A stretch of 64,000 nt of DNA. Origin: Fimicolochytrium jonesii (taxonomy: Eukaryota). Shown here in pieces: positions 13,958 to 26,639 of the stretch. The notes beneath the pieces are model-generated. The model was not told where the DNA came from. It searched no databases and saw only the letters and a list, made by a program, of their open reading frames with translations. The translations under genes were made by a program, and so were the position numbers. Location of the stretch: contig NW_026515686.1 of assembly GCF_025526975.1 (NCBI RefSeq), positions 186,001-250,000 on the forward strand. Direction: 5' to 3'. Every line of letters begins with the position of its first letter. The first letter of the stretch is position 1.

Positions 13958-15006
13958 AAGCACCGCTCTACCTGAGCCAAAAATCGCACCGGGGATCTAC
14001 GGTAGACCTCTGGTGGAACCTTACACGAAACCCCTCCACCAAATCCCGATTGTCAAACATCTCCTCACAACGACAACAGACCCAAATCTGTTTTACCTGT
14101 TTCCGCACAGGAAGTGGTGTGCCAACTACGGATTGATGATCAGTGAACATCTCTACGAGAAGGCCAAATGGGGACAAGAAGGTTACAATCGTCAACACTG
14201 TAACAGATCGAAAACTCTTCCACCAGCAAGCAATCTCCGACGTCACATAAATCTGCTTACAGGCCGCATCTAAGGGAAATGGAAAAAAGCATCGGAGAAT
14301 CCGGAAAGCGCTCTCGAAAGTGGAACTTTCCTTGTTCCTCGAGGCCAAAGTCCTGTTCTTTGTTCTTGGGGGGCGATCTTCGCCCTCCGACCCGGTATCG
14401 TACCTGGAGCAAGGCAAGCGATGGCTCCTCTCAGCTCCCCTTCCTTCATTATCCCTTCGCCACTCTGTTCGCCACTGACTGTCCCGACCACGGCACGAAG
14501 CTATCCAAGGTGAAGGTGCTCCTTTCCGACCTGCCGACCGCCCATTACGTCGTTGCCCACGAGGTCTTCGCTCTCTTATCCTTAATCGAAATGGATTGGG
14601 GCAGGGACACGCCAACCTTTTGGATGCGGCATACATTCAGGACAAAGGCCCAACCTTTCATGCAATGCTCCACCATATGCAGATAGCAGCGGCCTGGTCT
14701 CAGCGTCCTCAAATCGTTGCCCTTGTCTGCGCAAAGGCCGACAGCCTACCAGCGTCGCCAGCAAAGGCATGGGAATGCCTGACAGCGGTCAACATGGCTT
14801 CCGGACAGATTCCTGTCCAAGTCATCTTCTACGATAGACACGGTGAAGATGATGTCCCGCTCTGCTTCTCCTTCGATGACCTCCTGGCCCTCTTGCTTCG
14901 CATGCTGGACTTACGCATCCGCGACTTCCGCCTACTGACGAAGGACGAGCGTCACTACGCGCGAAAGGTGCGCGAAGGCTCAGAAGTGTATGGAAGATGC
15001 GAATAG
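13958..15006 (+). pseudogene. Degenerate RhoGAP-like domain fragment, probably a pseudogene
   Basis: PGIYGRPL...QIPIVKHLL and PFLHYPFATLF...KVKVLLSDLPTAHYVVAHEVFALLSLI resemble RhoGAP helices. The coding signal is split by a stop and a frame change (14013-14273, 14279-14686, 14596-15006), with no in-frame ATG at the start and no clear splice sites. Confidence 0.4.
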
Positions 15007-15788
15007 TGCGAATGGGGATCGGAGTCAGAGGCGGAGCCGTCAACAACCCACGGCGAGGCCGGCTTCCCCATATCCGAAGTACCAAGGGAGCTTCGTTTTG
15101 GACGCAAAATATAGAATGTAACTCGTCCCCCTTGTTACGTTTGCATGGGGGTCGATAACCTTGGGACATCTTAACCAGATATCTGGCAGCCCACTATACG
15201 TGGAAATTATTTATGTATGGAGTTCCTCTTCTCATCTGTAGCGTCCTCATGAAGCTTGAAGTGCGATGCTTCTTAAACCTTTCCTGATATGAGCTAGCGG
15301 TTATTACTTAACGAAATGTGTACCAACTCTGCAGCGGCACATCCTGCACTGGCAGGCGCATAAGCGGGAGAAAAAGACAGTGACGAGAGCGGGGTTCTAA
15401 TCTAATCCAGGGCGTTTTGGCAGTCACTGTTGTGAGTCGTCGTTACAAGGTTCCCGTCATATCGTACAGGACGAACAGCCGACAGGACGGAACCCGGCAG
15501 GGTAGGCACAGAGACCGGAGAGAACACCCAGAAAGCCCAGAGACCACTTGCAAGACGAATGAGAAGTTTTGAGTTTAGCAACCAATGTGATTGTAAGATT
15601 TGGGGTCCTATAACTATATGATAGTGTGCATGTCCAACTACATCGGAGGGGAAAGTCTGTACAGAATTTCAGAGGCTTTCCGCTACTGTGCGGAAGAAGC
15701 AGCCTTGGAGAACCCGGTCATAACCCAGTTACATCGGGTGTTGGGGGGGGAATACGTGACAGGATCAGAATCCTATCAAGAGGCGCGC

Positions 15789-17566
15789 TTATCCGCAGAT
15801 GCACTGAATAGCGCGGACAAAAATATTTGTCGACCGTGTGCGGGCCGCCTCGTCCTGCTCTTCCTTGATGTCGGCCCACCTGACACCGGTGTCAAGGTCA
15901 ACTTCCATCAAGGGAATGATCCTCGTGCGCTTGACGATCTTGTATCCAACGAAGGTCAGGATGAAGATGAAGACGCAAATGTACGTCTGGAGGAACATCG
16001 ACACGTTCCACTCAGGAGTGAAGGATGAGAATCCGGAGAAGATGATAATGATGGTACACATGATACCACCCCACCATGCCGTGAAAGGGTAAGCGATGGC
16101 CTTGTAAGGAAGCGCCTTGATGTCGCGACCTTGCGCAATGTAAGCCTGGCGGAAACGAATGTGGGTGAAACCGATGGCGGCCCAGGAAATGAAACCGGAA
16201 ATGGAAGAAACGCCCAGAATCCATGGGAAAACGCCGTCTGGGGAGAAGACTTGCACCAAGGCGATGGCGAATCCGAACAAGGAGGTGGCGGCAAGCGCGT
16301 AAATTGGGACACCACGACCGTTGGTGCGGCCAACGAAGGCGGGAGCTTTGCCTTCGCGAGCCAAGGCCATGAGGATACGAGATCCGGAGTAAAGAGCTGA
16401 ATTGGCAGCGGAAAACAGGACGGTCAACAGAACGGCGTTGATGATATCGGCTGCTGGCCCGATGTTCGCCTTCTGAAACACGGTGGTGAATGGGGCAGTG
16501 ACCACAGCCCTTGCACCGGATTCGGACTCCACGAGGCTCGGGTCGTCAGAACGAATGATAAGCCTGGATGATGATCAAAAGCGTTAGCATAAGCTATGTG
16601 ATCTAAACTCCGAAATGACAAGTACTTACCCCATGAAGAAGACGGATCCGAGGAAGAAGACGAGAATACGCCAGAAGACATTGCGAATGGCTTTGGGAAC
16701 GGCCTTGCGGGGGTTGCGACTTTCACCGGCGGCGATACCAACCAGCTCTGTGCCCATATAAGCGAAGCCAACGGTAATGAGGGTGGCGAACCAGTTGACG
16801 AAACCGTTATTGTAAGCGCCAGCGACGTTGATGGCCCTATCTTCTCCCCAATTCTCGAAACCGTAGGTGTGGCCTCCAACGGCGCCTGACGCGACCAAGA
16901 TGCCGACGATGATGAAGATGATGACGACAATAATCTTGATGATCGACAACCAGTATTCGCTTTCACCGTATCCCTTCCCGCCAACCAGGTTCAAGGCGAT
17001 GATAGCGCCCAGGACAATGAGAGCCCATGCCCAATGGGGAATTGTGTCACCCCAGTAGTCGATGACCACAGCAAAGGCAACCAACTCGGTGGCGAGTGCG
17101 GTTCCCCAACTAATCCAGTCTGAAGGAAGGCAGACGGTGTGGGTTAAGATCCAGATGAAACATAACCCGGGAAAGCCTATCTATACTCACAATTCCAGCC
17201 AAGAGCAAATCCAAGAGCCGGGTCGATAAACCTTCCACCGTAATGGTTGAAGGATCCAGATACGGGGATCAGAGTGGCCATTTCACCGAGGCAGGTCATG
17301 ATGCAGTATACGGTAAATCCCATGAAGAGGTACGCAAGCAGTGCTCCTAGTGGGCCAGCATTTGCGATATTCCCTGCGGAAGCGACGAACAGACCGGTCC
17401 CAATGGTACCACCGATGGAAATCATGGAGATATGGCGAGTCTTCAAGTCTCGCTTCACACCGTCTTCTAGTGTCCCGTTGGAAAGGGGAGTCTCATGGTA
17501 AACCGTCGATTCGGATACGCCTTTGTGGATCGCATGGTCCTCCTGATACGTTGCCTTTTCAGACAT
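15789..17566 (-). CDS. Amino-acid permease (APC superfamily, yeast amino acid transporter family), 3 exons
   Basis: Motifs LKTRHISMISIGGTIGTGLF, LGEMATLIPVSGSF, GYGESEYW, GTELVGIAAGESRNP and SAANSALYSGSRILMALAREGKAP. Introns 17120-17190 and 16564-16629 join in frame (GWNYWISWG; FMGLIIRSDDP). Confidence 0.95.
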
Positions 17567-18881
17567 GTTGGTAGACTAGGTGATATGAGGGTCGATAGTA
17601 GGCGTGGTGAAAATGATCTCCAGATACTGTACAACCAAGTGCGACGACCAGCGTGCGAGAACTTGGATAACGCGTAGGATTAACGATGTGTACAGACGGG
17701 AAGGGAAGAGACCAGCTCAGGAGGATATATATAGCGGAGGATAGGCAGGTAAGAATGAGAATGGAAGAGGCCGAGCGGATGAGGGTTGCCCTTTTGTGTA
17801 AATGTGTTGTGGTAAATGCGGTCCTTTCCTTCCGTTGCCTTGGTGTGATACAGGTTGGCGGCCGATGGCTTGATTGACTTGAATGGAGGATGATATGATT
17901 GCGAGTGTGGGGGAATCTGGCCTATTTGTGGGGCCAAACAAACACGGGGGGCGGCGCGCGGCAGGTGGGCGCTTCAGACTCGCATCAGACACATTTGTAT
18001 CCCTCCGTGGCCCCCCCAAACGCCCTCAGCGGATCAGATGCTGTCCCCGGGTCCCAGGTCAGCGGACAGATGGGCTTGGCCATCCTATCTCTGTACTGTA
18101 TAGTATCATCCTGGTGCTGTCAGATCTATACTGAGGAAGTCCAGACCCCCACTAGGGCGTGCCAAACGCAGAGATACCCGGAAAAAGACGCTATTTTTGC
18201 ATCCTCGCTGCGGCCTTTTGCGCTGTCTGCGATGCGCCCCAGTGCCAACGCTTTGTGGGGGAAAGCGAGGTATGGACTGTATGCCGGCTAAGCATGGCAT
18301 CGCCTCACTGTCGGCGTTCAAGATCATCAAGATCAAGGCTCGTTGGTTCTGCGCTCCCTCGCTGATAGCTGCCTGACCAGTCTCAGGGCTGACAGATGTA
18401 ACAACCACCGTGAATGCGAAACAGAGATAAGGACATGTTGTACCAGAAACTCTAATTTCGGCGTACCAAGTCCAAGGCCGCGGTCAAGATCGCATATTAA
18501 ATTTTATTTATTTGCATCGAATATTCTCCATCAACACACACGCACGTGAGGCAGAACCTGGCAGAGCACAAAGGCCGTCATCCAAGTCGGCGAAAACAAA
18601 CTTTGGGCGATGCTACCGTCGCTACGTACTGTATATGACGAGGCGGTCAAAGTACTTACGAAGGGAACTTTGTTCGCAATGGCATGGACATCGCGAACCC
18701 ATGTGCGTCGTGGCTTTCGATTTCGGAAACACCAAGTTGTCCTAAAAAGTTGCGAAAAAAACGCGTTCCATAACATAAGCAAAACGCGTCTCGCTTGACT
18801 TTGGAAATTGCAGTTGGCTTTGGCTTTGGGAGAGATCGAGACGCAGGCCGTCCTCGCCATAACCCCGGTCAACCTGTGGTC

Positions 18882-21800
18882 ATGCAGATACGGTGAGTAT
18901 ACCTGACAGTGACCATCAGACGGTGTGAATATTGAGGCCCGTTTCTGATTCGTCTTACAACAAATCTAGGTATCTCAAATCAATCGTCCCACAAGGGGAA
19001 ACAGCACAACGAATCACGGCGTTGACATGGTCACCGAACAACCAAAAGCTTGCTGTGGCAAGTGCCGACCGTGTCGTACAACTCTTTGATGAGACCGGGG
19101 AACGAAAGGACCGCTTCTCGACGAAGCCAGGGGATCCGAAGGTATGTTTTCGGATGTCACAAAAGTATGATCTCCTTTCTCATCAATTTCATCTAGGCTG
19201 CCAGATCATACACGATCGTCGGACTCGCGTTCTCTCCGGATTCTACAAAGCTAGCCGTTGCCCAATCCGATAATGCTGTGTTTGTCTACCGACTGGGTCT
19301 CGAGTGGGGAGAGAAGAAATCTATCGTAAACAAATTCATCCAGACCGCCGAGATCACTTGCCTGGCATGGCCGCGGGAGCAACCCAATGCGTTAGTGTTT
19401 GGTATGGCCGACGGAAAGGTAGGCGTGCAGGCGGTGGATATGTCAGTGAGAAGTGACGGCGGAGCGATCCTGACGTCTTCCGAACGCGATACTCGCAGGT
19501 TCGGATAGGCAACCTGAAAACGAACAAAGCCGCTACGCTGTATCAAACCGAGAGCTGCGTGGTTTCACTTTCCGCCAGCCATGATGGAAACGCCATCATT
19601 TCCGGACATCTCGACGGATCTATGAACAGGTTCTTCTTTGACGATGGATTGTCCGGAGCTTCACAGGTGGGTGCCAGGATTATCGTTGATGTCTTGATTT
19701 CCGGTTGGATGATGGCGCACTTACTGATATCCGAAGCTTTAGGGGAAGTTTACTGCTCATCGAACAACACCCGTTGCACTGGCCTGGGGCGAGAGCGTCG
19801 TTGCTGCTGGAGGCGATAAAGTGGTGGTCTTCTACGACTCGGAAGGTGCGTGAGGGGAGTATTGCGCGATACATCTGGCTGCCGGGACGACATGACTTAG
19901 ACTCGGATGTTTCCTCTTTGCGTCAGGTCGAGTGATGCAGGAATTCGACTACAGCAGAGATGACGACGTACAGGATTTCACCGGAGCGGAGTTCAGCCCA
20001 AGCGGACAGAGCGTCGTAATCGGGAGCTTCAACCGATTCTACGTGTACAACTTCTCCACCGCTAACCAACAATGGGAGGAAGCTCCCGTGAAGGTCATCG
20101 AGAACTTCTATACAGTGTCAGCACTGTCGTGGAAACCCGATGGCTCTCGTCTCGTTGCCGGAAACATGTGCGGCGCGGTGGAGCTCTTCGATTGCTGTCT
20201 TCGACGATCGCGATACAAGGGAAAGTTCGAGTTCACATATGTTTCCCCGTCGCAAGTGATCGTTAAGCGACTTTCGACCGGCTCCCGCATTGTGTTGAAG
20301 TCGCACTATGGGTATGAGATACAGAAAGTCAACATCTTCCGAGACCAGTATTTGATCGCGAACACGCCGGATACGCTCTTGATGGGGGATCTGTCGACTT
20401 GCAAGTTGAGTGAGATTCCATGGCAAGGGACGGGCCAGGAGAAATTCTACTTTGAGAACCCGTTTGTGTGCATGGTCTTCAACGCCGGAGAGCTTTCGCT
20501 TGTCGAATACGGCGTGAACGAACTTCTTGGATCGTGTCGAACCGAGCACACCAGCCCACATCTAATCAGCGTCCGCGTGAACGAGCGCAAAAACGACGAG
20601 GACGTCAAAAGGGTAGCCTATCTGGTGGACTTACAGAGCATCAATATCCTTGATCTGAACACGTCTACCACTGTGGCGGCCATCAGTCACGACAGCCGCA
20701 TCGATTGGCTTGAATTATCGGGACAGGCCAACAAGCTGCTCTTCAGGGACAAGAACCGGCAGTTGCATATGTACGATATCGCGACGCAGACTCGTACCAC
20801 CCTGCTCAATTTCTGTAGCTACGTGCAATGGGTTCCCAACAGTGATGTAGTGGTCGCACAGAACCGCGGAAACCTATGCATCTGGTACTCCATCGATTCG
20901 CCAGAGCGTGTCACTATGTTCCCTATCAAAGGGGAAGTTGAGGACATTGAGCGCAGCGATGGGAAGACGGAGGTCATAGTGGATGAGGGCGTGAATACCG
21001 TTTCCTACACGTTGGACGAGGGTCTGATCGAGTTCGGCACCGCCATAGACGACAAAGACTATGACCGTGCTGTGGCTCTGCTGGAAACGCTTGAGATCAC
21101 CCCAGAGACGGAAGCGATGTGGAAGAGCTTGAGCCAGATGGCTCTGAAGGATCAAAACCTGATCATCGCGGAAAGGTGTTACGCCGCTCTGGGGGATGTG
21201 GCGCGGACTCGCTACCTCCATGAAGTGAACGAACAAGCCGCGGCAGTGGCCGCCGAAAATCACCTTGAGGCCACGGAGCACTACTCTGTACGAGCGAAAC
21301 TGGCGATTTTGGATAAGCAGTTCAAGGTAGCTGAGTCTATCTACTTGGACCAGGGAAAAGTAGAAGAAGCCATGAGTATGTATCAAGAGCTCCATAAATG
21401 GAACCTATCAATCAAAGTGGCGGAATCGAAGAATCATCCGGATCTAGATACCCTAAAAGCCAAATATTTCCAATGGCTGAACGACTCGGGACAAGAGGAC
21501 AAAGCTGGTGCCATGAGGGAGGAAGAAGGGGACTTTGTGTCCGCTGTGAACTTATACATGAAGGGAGGACAGCCCGCACGTGCGGCAAAGGCGCTTCTTG
21601 CACACAGATTGACGGATAGGACGGAGCTGATGGAGCGTGTGGCCGCCGCCTTGTACAAGCAAGGACTGTACGAGAAGGCCGGCGAACTATTCGAGAAGAT
21701 GAGCAGCCCGGATCGCGCATTGGAGGCCTACCGTCGCGGCAAAGCTTTCCGGGCGGCGGTAGAGCTGGCCAGACAAACCTTCCCGCAGGAGGTCATCAAG

Positions 21801-24800
21801 TTGGAGGAGCAGTGGGGAGATCAGCTGGTCTCCCAGAAGCAGATGGACGGGGCCATCAACCACTACATCGAAGCCGGACGGTCGTTCAAAGCGATCGAAG
21901 CTGCCATCGGGGCAAAGCAGTGGAAGAAAGCCGTGGGCATCGTCGATTCCCTTCAGCCGCCCGAGGCCGGGAAGGTGTACTACCAGCGACTGGCCGCCCA
22001 TTTCTCCGAAGTTGGGGAGTATAACCAGGCGGAGAAGTACTTTGTTATGGCTGGTCAGCCGCAGGATGCGGTGGAGATGTATACAAAGGTGGGCAAGTGG
22101 GATGCAGCGCATACGCTTGCTACTACGTACATGGCGCCGGATGAGGTGGCGGTGCTGTACATCTCGCAAGCGAAAGACATGGAGGCCCAAGGTGAGTTCG
22201 GATTGGATCTTGGCCAGAGGGACCACATCTGACACCAAGTTTGACGTCTCCCAGGTAAACTGAAAGACGCCGAAAAGCTGTACCTGACCGTTCAAGAGCC
22301 AGATCTGGCCATCAACATGTACAAAAACCACAAACAATACGACAACATGATCCGATTGGTCACCGCTTTCCACAAAGACTTGCTTGCGGAAACGCACGTG
22401 TACCTGGGCAAGTCGCTCGAATCCGACGGGAATTTCAAGCAGGCTGAGCATCACTACATCGAGGGAGCGGACTGGAAGTCGGCGATCAATATGTACTGTG
22501 CGAACAATATGTACGAGGACGCTTATAGGGTGGGTTCTGTCTATGCTTCGCGTCTGGTCACCCAACGGATTATGGCTGAGATTTTTCTTCATGCAGATTG
22601 CGAAATCCTACGGAGGTCCCAATTCATACAAACAAGTAGCGTACTTGTGGGCCAGATCGTTAGGCGGGGAATCAGCAGTGAAGTTGCTCAGCAAGTTTAA
22701 TTTGCTGGACTCAGCCATCGACTTTGCGACCGAGAATGGCGCGTTTGATTTCGCGTTTGAACTGAGCCGGTACGGCGAGGACAAGGCCAAAGTGGCGGAT
22801 GTGCATTACAAACAAGCCATGTACCTCGAGGACGAAGGCAAGTTCAAAGAAGCCGAGCAGGCCTTTGTGCTGGCGGGGAAGCCGAAGGAGGCCATCCTTA
22901 TGTACATCCATAACGAGGACTGGGATGCCGCCACCGCCGTTGCCGAGGCGCACGATCCGGGGAGTCTAAGTGATGTCCTGATTGGACAAGCCCGAGTCGC
23001 TTTTGAACGGAAGGATTACACCAAGGGAGAGTCCATGCTGTTACGAGCGCAAAGACCGGAGTTGGCGATCAAGTACTACAAAGAAGGAAACATGTGGAAG
23101 GAGGCCATGCGGTTCGCGACGGAGTACTTGCCAAACAAGATGTCGGAGTTGAACGTAGAATACGATCGCTTCACGTCGGGGCAAGGGGACAAAGGTCGAG
23201 AAGACATCGTCTCCACAGCTAAGCTTCTTGAACAGCAACAAGAATATGGCCGTGCAATCGACATGTATTTGAAGATCACGCCCAACCAGGCGACGGACGC
23301 AAGCCAGTTGCAACAAGTTTGGGAAAAGGCCGTTGAACTAGCCATGAAGTTTGTCCCTGACCGCGGACCCGAGGTTGTCGAAACCGTCTGCTCACGCTTG
23401 ATGGAGGTCAACAGCTTCGAAGCCGCCGCCGACTTGTTTGCCGGCATGGAGATGTACAAAGACGCTATCGATGCGTACATTCTCGGTGCTGCATGGGACA
23501 AGGCAAAGCAGATGCTAGCATATGCTCCCAAGTATACCGAGTACGTCGAGAGTGCTTACGTGACGCACCTGAAGAGCACGGGAGACGCCGAAGATCTCGT
23601 GAATGTCGATGTAGTTGCAGGGCTCGACCTGTTTGCCCAGCGCGGGCAATGGGACCAATGCTTGCAAAAGGCTTCGTCGCAAGGATCCGCGGTACTTAAC
23701 AAGTACCTGATGTCGTTTTCTATCAGCATGCTGCGTGAAGGCAAATTTGACCAGGCTGTTACCAAGTTGACTGAGTATGGGGTGCCGCCGGTCCCGGACA
23801 ACTTCGACTTATACATGCGCTTGGCGCGGGAGACGTTGGGGAAAGGATCAATAGAGGAAATCTCGGCGTTGCGTGAGATGTTGTTTAAGTTGGTGAGTGG
23901 AGGTGCTCCTTGAACATGAACCGTGGCGTCAGAGAAGCTCAACACCAATTTTGCAGGTGCACGGGCAGAACCATGTGCCACAACCCGGAGTTCCTGCCGA
24001 ATTCGACAGGCTTTTATTCGTAGCACATCTGGTAACGCTCAAGAATTACTGCAAGCGCAAGAAGGATCTATCATACTTTGCTGCCAAGCAAGCGATTGCA
24101 ACGTTGCGATACACGAAGGAGCTACGACCAGACCAAATGTTTTACGAGGCTGGTGAAGCTGCCAAGGTATGCCGTCAGATGGTGACGGTTATGCCATTTC
24201 GCTTCCATCTCACTTACGAAACCCTAACGTAGGCCGCGAATATGAACAACATGGCATTCGTTTGCTGGAATAGATACCTTGACTTGAGCGAAGCTATCGA
24301 AGACCAAGATGTCTCTTTATTGGACAATACGGACTTTGAGAACACCGACATCCCATTTGACATCAGCCTTCCAACCGAGAACCTTTCCGTAAGTTTCTTT
24401 TTGATCTCGGCACAGATCGGGGTATCCGAGAACAGGCCCAACTCACCGTCTTACAATGGAAACTCAGGACGCCAAACGTGAGGAAGTCCGTGACTGGGTT
24501 CTGCAAATGTCGCTCGACCAGAAGGTCAATCAGGAGATGGATCGAAGAGACTGTGATACCTGCGGCACGAAGATCTACGATGCCAGCTTAAACTGCTACA
24601 GCTGTCATACAACCTGGGAGCCATGTGTCGTCACTGGTAAGCTGGATCTACGCTAGACACTTTGTTCTTACCCTCTGATGGACACTTCGCTAAGATTCGC
24701 CTTCCTCCACTTGTCTTTTAGGATATCCCGTCCTGAGGAGCAAGCTGAAATGCAGCAGCTGCACACGCCCCGCAAACAAAGAAGATTGGAACAAGTTCGT

Positions 24801-24954
24801 CATGGCTGAAAGGGTGAGTCCATCCTAGCACACTTGAAGAAGTCGAGACTGGTGAACGAACCGACTCCTGACACCTCCGTTTCTCCTCCTCGCTGCTCGT
24901 TAGATGTGCCCGTGGTGCGGAACAAGTCAAAGTCCACAATACTTTGCGCACTGA
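18882..24954 (+). CDS. IFT172: Intraflagellar transport protein 172 (WD40 + TPR-like solenoid + C-terminal Cys-rich domain), about 13 exons
   Basis: MQIR|YLKSIVPQGETAQRITALTWSPNNQKLAVASADRVVQLFDETGERKDRFSTKP, LRRSRYKGKFEFTYVSPSQVIVK, CSYVQWVPNSDVVVAQNRGNLCIWY and C-terminal PCVVTGYPVL...NKEDWNKF match IFT172. About 12 GT-AG introns. Last exon MCPWCGTSQSPQYFAH-TGA ends at 24954. Confidence 0.97.
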
Positions 24955-26639
24955 AAAGGGACACATAATCCTCCAACTTGTTCTTCTGCCCTATGAATGT
25001 ATAGAGCGGAGGGCTTGAACTTGAATACCGGTGCAATCCGATGGCGTAGAGAATTCGAACCAGGGCTGGCTGCTGCTCTTGATCCCGTGCGCATGCACAC
25101 CGCATGCTGCACTCCAAAGTCATGGGTTATCTAACGCAGTCACTGCCGCTCCGTCGCTACATCATTGGCATGTTCTGTACAGCAACGACTTCAATGTGGA
25201 AGAAAATCAATGTACATTCTTATCATTGTGAATTCTTGATGAGTCAGTTCCTCGGCTTATATACTGCAGTGGTATCGAAGTATAGACGGACCAGATGATG
25301 TGTTCGCTGCTATTCCGTGCTAGTACAAAGGTACTTGCTTGAAAGAATAGGAAACGAGCTCCAATCATCTCTTAAGAGCTCCCCAAATGTGTGTGTCATA
25401 GCTCCTGAAGAACACGCTGAGTGGGACTTCAGACTGCCTCCATCGTGTGGAAATGGAACGTTCGAGTGCAAGCGGTTGTCTGCATTGAACGGACATCTCT
25501 CACTGCTGGAGGCTCAGGGCTACTGACTTCCGCATTCAGGGAATGGTTAACCTTTTACTGTATATGATGGAACCGCCTTAGGGCAGTCATGCAGATGTGA
25601 GAGCTCCTGATTTTTGCATTTTCGGTTTCCGCACAATTTTCGGTGGACATCACAGTCCGATGTGTTCAATAACCTCAGGCCGTAAAGCCTCATTTTAGTG
25701 GATACATTCATGACTTCTTCCTTGGCAATCGGCATGCGAGGCGTTCTCCCGACGAGTTTGAAGCCTGTCAGCACTGAGCAATGTGTCAAACCACTGTCAG
25801 GCGGCAGTTGTACGGTTTTAGGTGCGAGTGCTTGGGGACTTTGGATTGTGGTATCCTGGCGAATTTGCATGATAAGGCCAGGAATCCGGTCGACGGGATG
25901 GGAGGAAAACCTGCTTCCCACAGCCTCGGTCTTGGAACCACTTTGTTGGACCAATGGGTGAGGAGTCGGGAACCAACGAGCGGTATCCCTCATTGCCAGC
26001 ACAAGGCCCGAATGTAACGCGTCGACACACGGCAGGTGACACTGATTAGCGGGTCCAACTTGAACGAGGCTGGTTTCCGCCAAGTAAGTGGGGGGTCAAA
26101 CATTTGAGGCGACCCCCCCGCCGCAATTTTGCCTTTCGGACAACGTGCTGTCAAAAGATATGAGGCGCGAACATATGCGTCCCGTTTTTCTGCCTCGACG
26201 GGCACGCAAAAAGGACACATTGATACTAAACTCGGCAGGTCTCACGCCCACGCAGAGGCCGCGCACAGCAGGCTTCTGCTTGCTTATCCGCCCGAGAACA
26301 ACCGTATTCAGAAAGAAGAGAGAGTGGACCTCGCAAATACACCAGGTAAGCGCTTTGGACTCCTGCCAGTCAGGAGCGAGGAGGGTGGGAAACGTCTGTA
26401 CCAGTATGGGGACCTCAGGGCGACGCTGTCTCAAGCTATTCCGCGGAAAGAGACCAGGTTCATCAGAGGCGGGGTCCCGGGTCCTCGAACTTGCCGCTCT
26501 TAGGACCGACGATTGACGTGCGGCCGTCGTTTCCAGTCCTGCACGTCAAATTGCATGTATAAACCTTGAATGTCGTCCTCCCTGTAGAAGCTCCAGTCCC
26601 GTTCCAAAGCAAGTACCGGCAGTATTCCACGACAAGGGA

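Noticed and set aside
17680..18870. Multiple short ORFs between the permease and IFT172
   Set aside because: This is a divergent promoter region and the ORFs lack motifs.
21687..22592. 301-aa antisense ORF within IFT172
   Set aside because: It is a shadow of the sense-strand codon bias and runs across sense introns.
25000..26600. Short overlapping ORFs, including 25547-26083 (-)
   Set aside because: No recognisable motif or splice structure; treated as intergenic or UTR.
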